Under the pieces are notes generated by a model. It did not search any database and had not been told where the DNA came from. It was given only the letters and a program-made list of their open reading frames with translations. Made by a program: the position numbers and the translations under genes. A stretch of 64,000 bases of DNA from Capsulimonadaceae bacterium (GTDB taxonomy: Bacteria; Armatimonadota; Armatimonadia; Armatimonadales; Capsulimonadaceae). Where the stretch lies: assembly GCA_965215505.1 (NCBI GenBank), contig OZ244065.1, positions 5,472,001 to 5,536,000 on the forward strand. The letters run 5' to 3'. Shown here one piece after another: positions 9,344 through 18,219 of this stretch (the first letter of the stretch is position 1; every line of letters starts with the position of its first letter).

Positions 9344-10477
9344 TTGAAGATCGTCATCGCGCCCGACTCGCTCAAAGGCAGCCTGTCGGCGGCACAGGCC
9401 GCCGAGGCGATGGCGGCGGGAGTCCGGCGCATCCGCCCGGACGCCCAGGTCGTCCTGCTGCCTCTGGCCGACGGCGGCGAGGGCACGGTGGAGGCGCTGA
9501 TCCTGGCGACCGGGGGCAGCCGCGAGGCCCTGGAAGTGACCGGGCCGCTCGGGGAGCCGTTCCAGGCCGTCTGGGGGCGGCTCGGGCCGGACGGGACAAC
9601 GGCCGTGGTCGAGATGGCGGCGGCGGCGGGCCTGCCCCTCGTCCCGCCGGACCGGCGCGACCCGCGCCACACGACGACCTGGGGCGTCGGCGAGCTTCTG
9701 CGGCAGGCGGTCGGCGGGGGCGCGAACCGCATCATCGTCGGCCTGGGCGGGAGTGCAACGAATGACGGCGGCGCGGGCGCGATGCAGGCTCTAGGCGTCC
9801 GCTTCTTGGACGCGGCCGGGATGTCGCTGCCCAAGCCCATCACCGGCGGCGACCTAGCGAGTCTGGCCCACGTTGATGCCACCGCTCTGCACAGTCTGTT
9901 CGCCGGGGTGGAGGTCGTTATCGCCTCGGACGTGACGAACCCCCTGCTGGGGCCGCGCGGCGCGTCCGCCGTTTACGGCCCGCAGAAGGGCGCGGACGCG
10001 GCGATGGTTGCTGAACTCGACGCCGCGCTGGCGCAGTACGCCGCCGTCCTGCGCCGCGACCTGGGCCGGGACGTGGCCGACCTCCCCGGTGCGGGCGCGG
10101 CGGGCGGAATGGGGGCGGGCCTGATGGCCTTCCTGAATGCCCGGATGCGGAGCGGGATTGACCTGGTCCTGGACGCGGCCCGGTTCGAGGAACAGGCGGC
10201 GGGCGCGGACTGGCTGCTGACCGGCGAGGGCCGGATCGATGCCCAAACGCTGGCGGGCAAAACCATCTCCGGCGTCCTGCGCCGCTGCCGACCGTTTGGT
10301 CTCCCCGTCCTGGCCTTCGGCGGCTCGGTGGACGATGCGGCAGGCGAATTGCTCGCTGACGCCGGCCTGCGCGCCGCCTTCCCCATCGTCTCCGGCCCGA
10401 TGTCCCTGGAAGACGCCATGCGCGACGGCGGCGCGCTTCTCACCCAGGCCGTCGCCCGCGTCCTTCGGCTGCTGTAG
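9344..10477 (+). CDS. glxK: Glycerate kinase
   Basis: KIVIAPDSLKGSLSA, PLADGGEGT, GLGGSATNDGG, TGEGRIDAQT; TTG start at 9344 (or 9332). Confidence 0.92.
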   Translation: MKIVIAPDSLKGSLSAAQAAEAMAAGVRRIRPDAQVVLLPLADGGEGTVEALILATGGSREALEVTGPLGEPFQAVWGRLGPDGTTAVVEMAAAAGLPLVPPDRRDPRHTTTWGVGELLRQAVGGGANRIIVGLGGSATNDGGAGAMQALGVRFLDAAGMSLPKPITGGDLASLAHVDATALHSLFAGVEVVIASDVTNPLLGPRGASAVYGPQKGADAAMVAELDAALAQYAAVLRRDLGRDVADLPGAGAAGGMGAGLMAFLNARMRSGIDLVLDAARFEEQAAGADWLLTGEGRIDAQTLAGKTISGVLRRCRPFGLPVLAFGGSVDDAAGELLADAGLRAAFPIVSGPMSLEDAMRDGGALLTQAVARVLRLL

Positions 10478-10494
10478 AGGGAGAACGGGTCCGC

Positions 10495-12408
10495 ATGAAA
10501 GCCTTGCTCGGTGGCCTCGTCTTACTGCTACTGGCCGTCCGTCCGGTGCAGGCCGCGCCGCCGCGCCCGGATGTCATCTTGGCGGATTTTGAGGGCGTAG
10601 GCTACGGAGGCTGGCGCACGACGGGCACTGCCTTCGGCACGGGACCCGCGCAAGGGACATTGCCCGGTCAAATGCCGGTCAGCGGGTATCGGGGCCACGG
10701 CCTCGCCTCCTCGTTCGTCGGCGGGGACGCGGCGACGGGGACCCTGACTTCCCCCGTGTTCACGATCACGCGCAGGCACATCAACTTCCTGATCGGCGGC
10801 GGCAGACACCCCGGCGCGGCCTGCATCAATCTACTCCTGGACGGCCGGCTGACACGGACCGCCACCGGCCCGAACGGCGTCCCCGGCGGAACCGAGAGGC
10901 TGAACTGGGCCAGCTGGGACGTGGCCGACTTGGAAGGCAAAGCGGCCCGCATCCAGATCGTGGATACGGCGACGGGAGGATGGGGGCACATCAACGTGGA
11001 TCAGATCACACAAAGCGACAAGCTGCCGGCAGACGAAGGCGGTGCGGTCAGTACGGGCGAGCTCTACCAGGAGACTTACCGCCCGCAGTTCCATTTCAGC
11101 GCCAAGCGGGGCTGGCTGAATGACCCGAACGGGCTGGTGTTCCATGACGGCGAGTATCACCTGTACTTCCAGTTCGAGACGGAGCTTTCCGGGGCGGACG
11201 ACCGCAAGAGCTGGGGATTCGCCGTCAGCCCCGACCTAGTCCACTGGCGTCAGCTCGACGATGCGCTCCAACCCGACGCCCTCGGCCCGATCTGGTCGGG
11301 GTCCGCCGTCGTTGATCGGGACAACACTTCCGGGCTGGGCAGTCCCGGCAAGCCGCCCCTGGTCGCCCTGTATACGGCGGCGGGCGGCAAGTCGCCCGAG
11401 TCGTCCGGGCGTGACTTTACCCAGTGCCTCGCCTACAGCCTGGACCGGGGGCGGACCTGGACCCGGTATGCCCATAACCCCATCCTGCCGCACATCGCCG
11501 GTGAAAACCGGGACCCCAAAGTCGTCTGGCATGCCCCCACCAAGCACTGGATCATGGCACTCTATCTGGAAGGGTCGGACTTCGCCCTGTTCGCATCCCC
11601 TGACCTGAAGGCTTGGACCCGCCTGCAAACGATGACCCTGCCTGGATGCGATGAGTGCCCCGACTTCTTCGAGATGCCCGTGTCGGGCAGCCCGAACGAC
11701 CACCGCTGGGTCTTCACGGCGGCGAACGGGAAGTACCTGGTAGGAACCTTCGACGGCCAGGAGTTCACGCCCGAAACCGGGGTGCTGCCGAGCGACTACG
11801 GCGCGAACTTCTACGCCGTGCAGACCTACAGCGACATCCCGCGTACTGACGGGCGGCGCATCCAGATCGCCTGGATGCGCGGTGGCGAGTATCCTCAGAT
11901 GCCGTTCAACCAGCAGATGAGCTTTCCCTGTGAGCTGACTCTGCACCGGACCTCGGACGGGTTGCGCCTGCACCGGCAGCCCGTCCGCGAGATCGCCGGC
12001 CTGTATGGCAAGGAACAGTCGTGGCACGACCTGACTCTCGCCCCCGGCGAAAACCCGCTCCACTCGCTTTCCGGCGACCTCTGGGACGTGAATGCGGAGT
12101 TTGAGATCGGAACCGCTACGGCGGTGGTTTTCCGCGTGCGCGGTACGGACGTACTCTATGACGTCAAGGCCCAGACTTTGACCGCGCTGGGCCGAACCGC
12201 CCCATTGAAACTCGACGGCAACCGCCTCACTCTGCGCCTCTTGATAGACCGCACTTCGCTCGAAGTGTTCGGCAACGGCGGGCAGGTTTCGATGGCAACC
12301 TGCTTCCTGCCACCCCCGGACGATAAGATGCTGGCCGTCCACGCGGACGGCGGCAGCGCCAGGATCGTTGCCCTGACCGTTCATCCCCTGCGTTCCGCCT
12401 GGCGCTGA
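10495..12408 (+). CDS. Secreted GH32 beta-fructosidase/levanase with N-terminal accessory domain
   Basis: Signal peptide; WLNDPNG, WSGS, RDPKV, ECPD, FYAVQTY motifs. Confidence 0.92.
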   Translation: MKALLGGLVLLLLAVRPVQAAPPRPDVILADFEGVGYGGWRTTGTAFGTGPAQGTLPGQMPVSGYRGHGLASSFVGGDAATGTLTSPVFTITRRHINFLIGGGRHPGAACINLLLDGRLTRTATGPNGVPGGTERLNWASWDVADLEGKAARIQIVDTATGGWGHINVDQITQSDKLPADEGGAVSTGELYQETYRPQFHFSAKRGWLNDPNGLVFHDGEYHLYFQFETELSGADDRKSWGFAVSPDLVHWRQLDDALQPDALGPIWSGSAVVDRDNTSGLGSPGKPPLVALYTAAGGKSPESSGRDFTQCLAYSLDRGRTWTRYAHNPILPHIAGENRDPKVVWHAPTKHWIMALYLEGSDFALFASPDLKAWTRLQTMTLPGCDECPDFFEMPVSGSPNDHRWVFTAANGKYLVGTFDGQEFTPETGVLPSDYGANFYAVQTYSDIPRTDGRRIQIAWMRGGEYPQMPFNQQMSFPCELTLHRTSDGLRLHRQPVREIAGLYGKEQSWHDLTLAPGENPLHSLSGDLWDVNAEFEIGTATAVVFRVRGTDVLYDVKAQTLTALGRTAPLKLDGNRLTLRLLIDRTSLEVFGNGGQVSMATCFLPPPDDKMLAVHADGGSARIVALTVHPLRSAWR

Positions 12409-12429
12409 CGGCGCGGGTATACTAAAGGC

Positions 12430-13314
12430 ATGGCCCGCAAACCCGCCGAATCCAAAGTCCCTAAGACGCCCGCCGAACCCAAGGCCCCCAAGCCGCCCAA
12501 GCCCGCGCCGGTCAAGAAGCCGCGCAAGCCGGAGTTCTCGCCGACCCGCCTCCGCACCTTCCTCTCCTGCCCCATGATGTACCGGCTCGAATATGTGGAA
12601 AAGGTCGGCAAGTTCTACCACCGGGCGCGGGCCGGCTACACCTTCGGCTCCACGCTCCACCAGGCCCTCCAGACCTTCCACGAGGACGGCGGCAGCGCCG
12701 CTGTGTCGGCGCCAGAGCTAGTAGCCAAAATGGAGACCGTGTGGCAGTCCCAGGGCTATCAGAACGCCGAACACGAGCAGGCGCACAAGGAAGAAGCGGC
12801 CAAGATACTGACCACCTATCACGCCGCCGCCGAGGCCCGCGCCGACCAGACAAAGCCGTTCCTGATCGAGAAGATGCTGAAGTGGGACATGGGGCCGTTC
12901 GTGCTGACCGGGCGCATTGACCGGATTGACGAACACTTGGAGGACGGCGCTCTGGAGATCGTGGACTACAAATCGGGGCGGCTGGGCGTGACCGAGGAGG
13001 ACGTTAAGGGCGCGCTCGCCATGTCCGTGTATCAACTGCTGGCGAAGCGCAATAGCCCCGACCGGCGCGTCTTCGCCACCATCCACGCCCTGCGCGGCGG
13101 CGTGACCGCCTCGGCGTCCTACACGGAAGAGGAGATGCTGGAACTGGAAGAAGACCTGCGGGGCGTGGGCATCACGATCCTGGAGAAAGACTTCGAGGCC
13201 GTCCGCCCCGTCCCCCTGCCCCATGTCTGCCCGCACTGCGACTTCCTGCCGCTCTGCACCCGCTCCTGGAAGCGCGAGGGCCGGGACTATCTCGCTGAAC
13301 TGGCCGTGGGCTGA
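12430..13314 (+). CDS. PD-(D/E)XK RecB/Cas4-like nuclease
   Basis: FSPTRL..CP, GSTLHQAL, GRIDRID, IVDYKSG, C-terminal CPHCDFLPLC. Confidence 0.85.
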   Translation: MARKPAESKVPKTPAEPKAPKPPKPAPVKKPRKPEFSPTRLRTFLSCPMMYRLEYVEKVGKFYHRARAGYTFGSTLHQALQTFHEDGGSAAVSAPELVAKMETVWQSQGYQNAEHEQAHKEEAAKILTTYHAAAEARADQTKPFLIEKMLKWDMGPFVLTGRIDRIDEHLEDGALEIVDYKSGRLGVTEEDVKGALAMSVYQLLAKRNSPDRRVFATIHALRGGVTASASYTEEEMLELEEDLRGVGITILEKDFEAVRPVPLPHVCPHCDFLPLCTRSWKREGRDYLAELAVG

Positions 13315-13322
13315 TGCCTCCG

Positions 13323-14009
13323 CTATGGGTTGCCGGGCGTACCGATGTTGAACTCCCAGTACCGATACAACCGGTCCTTCGTCAGTGACGCCGCATGACC
13401 GTCCGCCAGAAGCGTGTTGAAACGCTCCTCCTGAGTGTCCGCGTCCCCGTGCCAGAAGCCGGTCCCGTCGCACAAAAGGTTGATCTCTGCCGGGCCGTGC
13501 TGCGCGTGTGCCTCCTCCGGCTCATAGGCGGTCAGGCCGGAAAGCGTCTGGCGCTGTAGGGTGAGCGCGGTGCGGTAGTAGTAGCTCAAGCCGAAGGCGT
13601 CATAAGAGGTCGGGTGTGCCGGCAGTGGGATGGGGTCGTCGCCCGCATCCTCCGACTCAAACCCGGTGTCGGCGGGGCAGTGCCACAACTCCTTGCCGGG
13701 AACGTAAGGCCGCAGCACATCCTGGAGCGAGGGCAGCAGGTGCGCCTCGGGCCAGTATTTGCCTCCGTCCGCCGTCCGCCAGTCGTCCGTGTTCCGGTCG
13801 GCGGCGTCGCCGCCGCGCGGGAAAAGGTCATCCTCGTCCTGGGCATACAGGAAGACGCCCAGGCCAATCTGCCGCAGGTTGGACAGGCAGGCCGTCTGCC
13901 GCGCCCTCGCCCGCACACTGCTGAAGACAGGGAACAGGATCGCCGCCAGCAGGGCGAGGATGCTCAGGACGACCAGCAGTTCGATGAGTGTAAAGCCGTG
14001 CCGCTTCAT
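13323..14009 (-). CDS. Prepilin-type N-methylation / DUF1559 (H-X9-DG-like) protein
   Basis: [32 protein letters not shown]. Confidence 0.9.
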   Translation of the reverse strand: MKRHGFTLIELLVVLSILALLAAILFPVFSSVRARARQTACLSNLRQIGLGVFLYAQDEDDLFPRGGDAADRNTDDWRTADGGKYWPEAHLLPSLQDVLRPYVPGKELWHCPADTGFESEDAGDDPIPLPAHPTSYDAFGLSYYYRTALTLQRQTLSGLTAYEPEEAHAQHGPAEINLLCDGTGFWHGDADTQEERFNTLLADGHAASLTKDRLYRYWEFNIGTPGNP

Positions 14010-14536
14010 GTGCCTGCCTTCTGCCGGGGATGATGCCGGACCACACCTACAGCGACCGCGCCGGAGAAGAATACAATCAACAGAGCCGGAGCGAGAGCGG
14101 CACCATCGGCGCGCATCCTATCCACCCAGAGGATACGGCGGTACTCGCTCTCGATGGCGCTCCTGTCGAATGCTTTGGTGTAGTGCGAGTCGGTGACACG
14201 CTTGATCTCGTCGCCCATCGCTCTGAACAACGCATCGTTGCGCCTGATCTTTTCCTGCGCGGGTAGGTGCTGGTAGCGGCTGTCCTCCACTTCTTCCTGC
14301 ACACGGACGCCGACATAGCCGTACATCTCGTCCAGTGACTTCATGGGCCTGCGGATGTCCCTGCCATCCGGCCCGTACATCTTCGCCTGCGCGGTCTGCT
14401 CGCTTTGCGCTTGTGCCTGCCACGCCCGCTCGCGGACAACCCGAAGGACAACCGAAGCGAGGGAACCCAGCAGGACGATGGCGGCAATCACGACGACCAA
14501 CGTGCGGCGCTTGCCTGCGCCAAGCAGTGTTGCCAT
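14006..14536 (-). CDS. Hypothetical membrane protein with N- and C-terminal TM helices
   Basis: Two hydrophobic segments; ATGA overlap with the prepilin gene. Confidence 0.6.
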   Translation of the reverse strand: MATLLGAGKRRTLVVVIAAIVLLGSLASVVLRVVRERAWQAQAQSEQTAQAKMYGPDGRDIRRPMKSLDEMYGYVGVRVQEEVEDSRYQHLPAQEKIRRNDALFRAMGDEIKRVTDSHYTKAFDRSAIESEYRRILWVDRMRADGAALAPALLIVFFSGAVAVGVVRHHPRQKAGT

Positions 14537-14557
14537 AGCCCTTCCCCCATGCTCCCA

Positions 14558-14932
14558 TTACTCCCGAGCGCTCTGCGAAATCTCTTCCCCGATTCCCAGC
14601 GCCTTGAGGTCGTTCCGGGACTGGTCATCCGAAGACACCAGCGCGCGCATCTGCTGGGCCACGTCCTGCTCGGTCAGGCCCTGCCGCTGCATGGCCTCGT
14701 GGACGAAGGCCAGCCGGTCGTGGGCCATCAGCAGGTCCAGGCTGGAGATGTCCAGGATGTCGGCCAGCGCCCCCAGGGCGGGCACGGTCTGGGCGATGTC
14801 GCTCTCGGCGCGCGCCTTGAGCAAGGTCTGGGCGTATTCCAGCTCACGCATCGCCTGGTCCAGCGGGGCGCTCATCACCTGGTATTCGTTGACTTTTTCC
14901 GCCAGCCCGGCGCTCAGATCGGTCACGGCCAT
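14558..14932 (-). CDS. Hypothetical helical protein (124 aa)
   Basis: GGAGG SD; TATAAT about 40 nt upstream. Confidence 0.7.
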   Translation of the reverse strand: MAVTDLSAGLAEKVNEYQVMSAPLDQAMRELEYAQTLLKARAESDIAQTVPALGALADILDISSLDLLMAHDRLAFVHEAMQRQGLTEQDVAQQMRALVSSDDQSRNDLKALGIGEEISQSARE

Positions 14933-14961
14933 CGTGCGTCCTCCATCGGAGTCTTGATATA

Positions 14962-16653
14962 TTACGGGTGCATTATAGCACGTCCCGCCCCGGCTTCGGC
15001 GTAAATGGCCTTGACCTTGGCGTTCTGCGGGTCATCCCACCAGGCGCGGAAGAGCAGGATGTCGCCGCCCTTGACCGCATTCACCAGGTCGGCGTGGTGT
15101 CCGTCCAGATCTCCGTCCGACGTGCAGAGGACGGTGAACGCGCCGGGATAGACGCGGCGGACGCGGTCGGGCGTGCCCAAGTTCCCGCCGCGCAGCTCGG
15201 CATAGGGGACCGTCGCGCCGTAGTAGCGCACTTTCTTGTGTTCCGGCATCAGCAGGGCGACGATCTTGCGCCGGGCCAAAGCGGCGGCCACGTTTTGGAA
15301 CACGGAGGCGGGGTAGGGGACGTTCGGGTCGCCGTTGGAGTCCACATAGAAGAGGGTGCAGCCCCAGCGCGTGTTGGCATAGAGCGCCTTGTCGATCAGC
15401 GTCAGCGCCACGTCGGCCATGTCCGTCTGATCGTACTGGGACACGCCGCCGTCCGCCGCCCTCTCGACCAGCTGGGGCCGGATGCAGACGCCGACTTTGA
15501 GGCCCGCGCGGCGGAACCGAGCGAAGTAGGCGTCGGCCAGCGGCTCCATCTCGGGGGCCAGCAGCGAGAACGCCCGTGGGTCCCCGATGTAGGAGGTGGC
15601 ATGAGGGAATTCTTGCCCCTCGATGTCCCAGGTGATCATCCCCTGGGCGTTCATCGCCTTCAATACGCGGATGCTGTTGTCGGCGTAGTCGGTCAGCCGC
15701 TTCGCGAAGGCCGCGCGGCCCGCCTCGGTCGTGACGTCTATGTCGGCGTCGTTGTTGAACCAGCCGCGCGGGTTCCTGCCGCCGGGCCGGTGCGGGACGC
15801 TGGAAGAGAGCATTAGGTAGCCCAGGGGCCGCCGGTCCGGCCAGCGCAGGGTTTTGGGGAACGCAGCGGCATACCGGCGGTCGAGGTCGGAGGTCAGCGA
15901 GGCTGGCGTCGTCCCCGCCGGGCCGAAGCGCAGCGAAAGCGTGTAGGTGTCCGAGTGGCCCGGCGCGATGGGCCGGACGAGGTAGGGGGCGAGCAGATCA
16001 CGCGGCCCGTTCTCCGGGCCGGACGATACGCGCAGCGGGAACTCCGTGTCGGCGGGCCGGTCCAGGGCGAAGGGGAAGCCGACCAGGAGCGACCTCGTGA
16101 AGTCCTCATTGCAGAGCGCCACCGTCCCCGCTCCGTAGCTCGCGCTGACGACCCCCGGTTCGTCCCGGCTGGCCGTTATCAGCGGGTACTCCTGGGCGTA
16201 CTCGGCGGGCTTTTGCGGGAACTTGAGCCACAGAGGCTGCAAGACGATGGACTGGACCGTCTTGTCGGGGTCCGTGTCGGTGACGGTCAGCGTCAGGTTC
16301 AGCCGACTGCCAGACGGCGCGAAACGCCCCCAGACGCGGCCCCAGGCGAACGTCCGCGTGATCGTGCCGTTTGCCGCGTCAGTCACGACCTTGCTCGGCC
16401 CGCCCCCGTCAAGGGTCACGTCCTTGCCGTCCGCCCCGCGCAGCGTGACCCGCGACACCCAGAACGCGCCGCCCGTAAACGCGCCGTTCGCCCCGGCATC
16501 CGGGTTGATCCAGAGAAGCTCCTGACCACCGTAACGCAGGGACGACAGGCCGCCGGCACCGAAGCCGACCGTGACATCAGGCGTGGCCCGCACGGCCGGG
16601 GGCGCGAGCGCCGATAGACACAGCAGCAGGGCGATCCGCAAAAGGCTTCTCAT
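14962..16653 (-). CDS. Secreted hypothetical protein, possibly glycoside-hydrolase-like
   Basis: Signal peptide MRSLLRIALLLCLSALA; QGMITWDIEGQE and LFYVDSN segments; -10 TACACT 7 nt before ATG. Confidence 0.7.
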   Translation of the reverse strand: MRSLLRIALLLCLSALAPPAVRATPDVTVGFGAGGLSSLRYGGQELLWINPDAGANGAFTGGAFWVSRVTLRGADGKDVTLDGGGPSKVVTDAANGTITRTFAWGRVWGRFAPSGSRLNLTLTVTDTDPDKTVQSIVLQPLWLKFPQKPAEYAQEYPLITASRDEPGVVSASYGAGTVALCNEDFTRSLLVGFPFALDRPADTEFPLRVSSGPENGPRDLLAPYLVRPIAPGHSDTYTLSLRFGPAGTTPASLTSDLDRRYAAAFPKTLRWPDRRPLGYLMLSSSVPHRPGGRNPRGWFNNDADIDVTTEAGRAAFAKRLTDYADNSIRVLKAMNAQGMITWDIEGQEFPHATSYIGDPRAFSLLAPEMEPLADAYFARFRRAGLKVGVCIRPQLVERAADGGVSQYDQTDMADVALTLIDKALYANTRWGCTLFYVDSNGDPNVPYPASVFQNVAAALARRKIVALLMPEHKKVRYYGATVPYAELRGGNLGTPDRVRRVYPGAFTVLCTSDGDLDGHHADLVNAVKGGDILLFRAWWDDPQNAKVKAIYAEAGAGRAIMHP

Positions 16654-16696
16654 AGCCGTCAGTGTACCACGCAGGGCGCGGTTTCCAGAGTGGGGG

Positions 16697-16726
16697 TTGA
16701 CAAAGGCGGGGCCGGGGCTGTAAGAT
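16697..16726 (+). promoter_or_regulatory. sigma70-type promoter for scpA (probably leaderless)
   Basis: TTGACA-N18-TAAGAT; ATG 5 nt downstream. Confidence 0.7.
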
Positions 16727-16731
16727 AAGCC

Positions 16732-17520
16732 ATGCCCGCCGTCGCCGCGTCTTCCTCTAAAGCCTCGACCTCCGCCAATGTCCTGCCGCCCGTCGCCCTG
16801 CCCGCGTTTGAAGGGCCGCTCGACCTGCTCCTGCACCTGATCCGCGAACACCGCGTGGACATCGCCGACATCCCCATCGTGCAGATCACCGACCAGTACC
16901 TCGCGTATCTGCGGGCGATGGAGGAGATGAACCTGAACGTGGCGGGCGAGTTCCTGCTGATGGCGGCGACCCTGCTGGAGATCAAGAGCCGGATGCTGCT
17001 GCCGAAGCCCCCGCGTGTCGAAGAGGCCGAGGAGGGCATTGACCCGCGCCAAGAGCTTGTCCAGCGATTGCAGGACTACCAGCGTTACAAGGCGTTTATC
17101 GAGACTTTGGCCGGGTGGGAGGACGACCGCCGGGCGCTGTTCTTCCGGGGCCAGGGCGACTACGGTGGCCTGTACGAGCTGCCGGTCGGCTTCGGCGAGC
17201 TGCACCCCGGCTCGCTCCTGAAGGCTTTGACCCGCCTACTGGCCGAGGCCGGCGACGACGGCGACCAAGCGGTCACCAGTGTGCGCCGCCAGAAGATCAC
17301 CCTCCGGCTGGCGATGGCCGCCTTGTGGCGCAAGGTCCAGCGCGGTGGCGCGGCCGGCGTCCTGCTCGACGAGTGCTTTGAACGGCCTTTCGTGCGCCTG
17401 GAGATCGTGATGACGTTTTTGGCTCTCCTGGAACTGCTTCGGCAGGGACGCATGGATGCCCGCCAGGACGCCTTGCTGGACCACATCTATCTGCTGGCGC
17501 GGGAGACGGCCCGTGCCTGA
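16732..17520 (+). CDS. scpA: Segregation/condensation protein A
   Basis: FEGPLDLLLHLI, EFLLMAATLLEIKSRMLLP, TFLALLEL. Confidence 0.95.
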   Translation: MPAVAASSSKASTSANVLPPVALPAFEGPLDLLLHLIREHRVDIADIPIVQITDQYLAYLRAMEEMNLNVAGEFLLMAATLLEIKSRMLLPKPPRVEEAEEGIDPRQELVQRLQDYQRYKAFIETLAGWEDDRRALFFRGQGDYGGLYELPVGFGELHPGSLLKALTRLLAEAGDDGDQAVTSVRRQKITLRLAMAALWRKVQRGGAAGVLLDECFERPFVRLEIVMTFLALLELLRQGRMDARQDALLDHIYLLARETARA

Positions 17521-18121
17521 GCCGCCCGCGCCGATTGCCGAGATGGACCTGCCGCCGCTGCTCGAAGCCTACCTGTTCGTGGCGACGGAGCCGGTTCAGC
17601 CTGCCGAGATCGGCCGCCTGCTGAACGTCGAGGCCGCCGCCATCGAGGAGGCTCTGGAGGACATGGCGAACGCCTACGCCCGCCGGATCAACTCCGGCCT
17701 GCACGTCGTCCGCATCGCTGGCGGCTACCAGATGGCGACCCGGCCCGCGATGGCCGAAGGCGTCGCGCGCCTGCTGGCCGCGCCGGGGCAGAAGAGCCGC
17801 CTGTCCAAACCCGCGCTCGAAACGCTGGCGATCATCGCCTACCAGCAGCCCGTCACGCAGGCCGAGATCGAGGCCGTGCGCGGCGTCAACGCCGACGCCG
17901 TATTGAAGACCTTGACCGAGCGGCGTCTGGTCCAGGAGACGGGCCGCCGTGAGGTCCCCGGTCGGCCCTTCCTCTACGGCACGACCCCGGACTTCCTGCA
18001 CTACTTCGGCCTCCACACTCTGGAAGACCTGCCGCCGCTCGAAGACATCGTGATCGCCGAAACTGAGGGCGATAAGGCCGCAACGCACGACGCCCTGGAA
18101 GCCGTAGGATTAGAGGAGTAG
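17513..18121 (+). CDS. scpB: Segregation/condensation protein B
   Basis: LSKPALETLAIIAYQQPVT, GRPFLYGTTPDFLHYFGL. Confidence 0.95.
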   Translation: MPEPPAPIAEMDLPPLLEAYLFVATEPVQPAEIGRLLNVEAAAIEEALEDMANAYARRINSGLHVVRIAGGYQMATRPAMAEGVARLLAAPGQKSRLSKPALETLAIIAYQQPVTQAEIEAVRGVNADAVLKTLTERRLVQETGRREVPGRPFLYGTTPDFLHYFGLHTLEDLPPLEDIVIAETEGDKAATHDALEAVGLEE

Positions 18122-18185
18122 GGGCGAACCTTGTGTTCGCCCTTCCGATGGGCGTGTCCGCCCTTCCGATGGGCGTGTCCGCCCT
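18118..18185 (+). repeat. GTAG-type REP followed by 21-bp tandem repeat
   Basis: GTAG-gggcgaac-cttgt-gttcgccc; cgcccttccgatgggcgtgtc x2 plus a partial unit (18138-18185). Confidence 0.75.
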
Positions 18186-18219
18186 GCCCGTACATGACCT
18201 GACCTATCACTAGCCATAC

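Noticed and set aside
16654-17205. N-terminal extension of ORF 14962..17205
   Set aside because: Antisense to scpA; the signal peptide and -10 box place the start at 16653.
18138-18185. 21-bp repeats (and the 18-bp VNTR) as a CRISPR array
   Set aside because: Tandem units without unique spacers; no cas operon.
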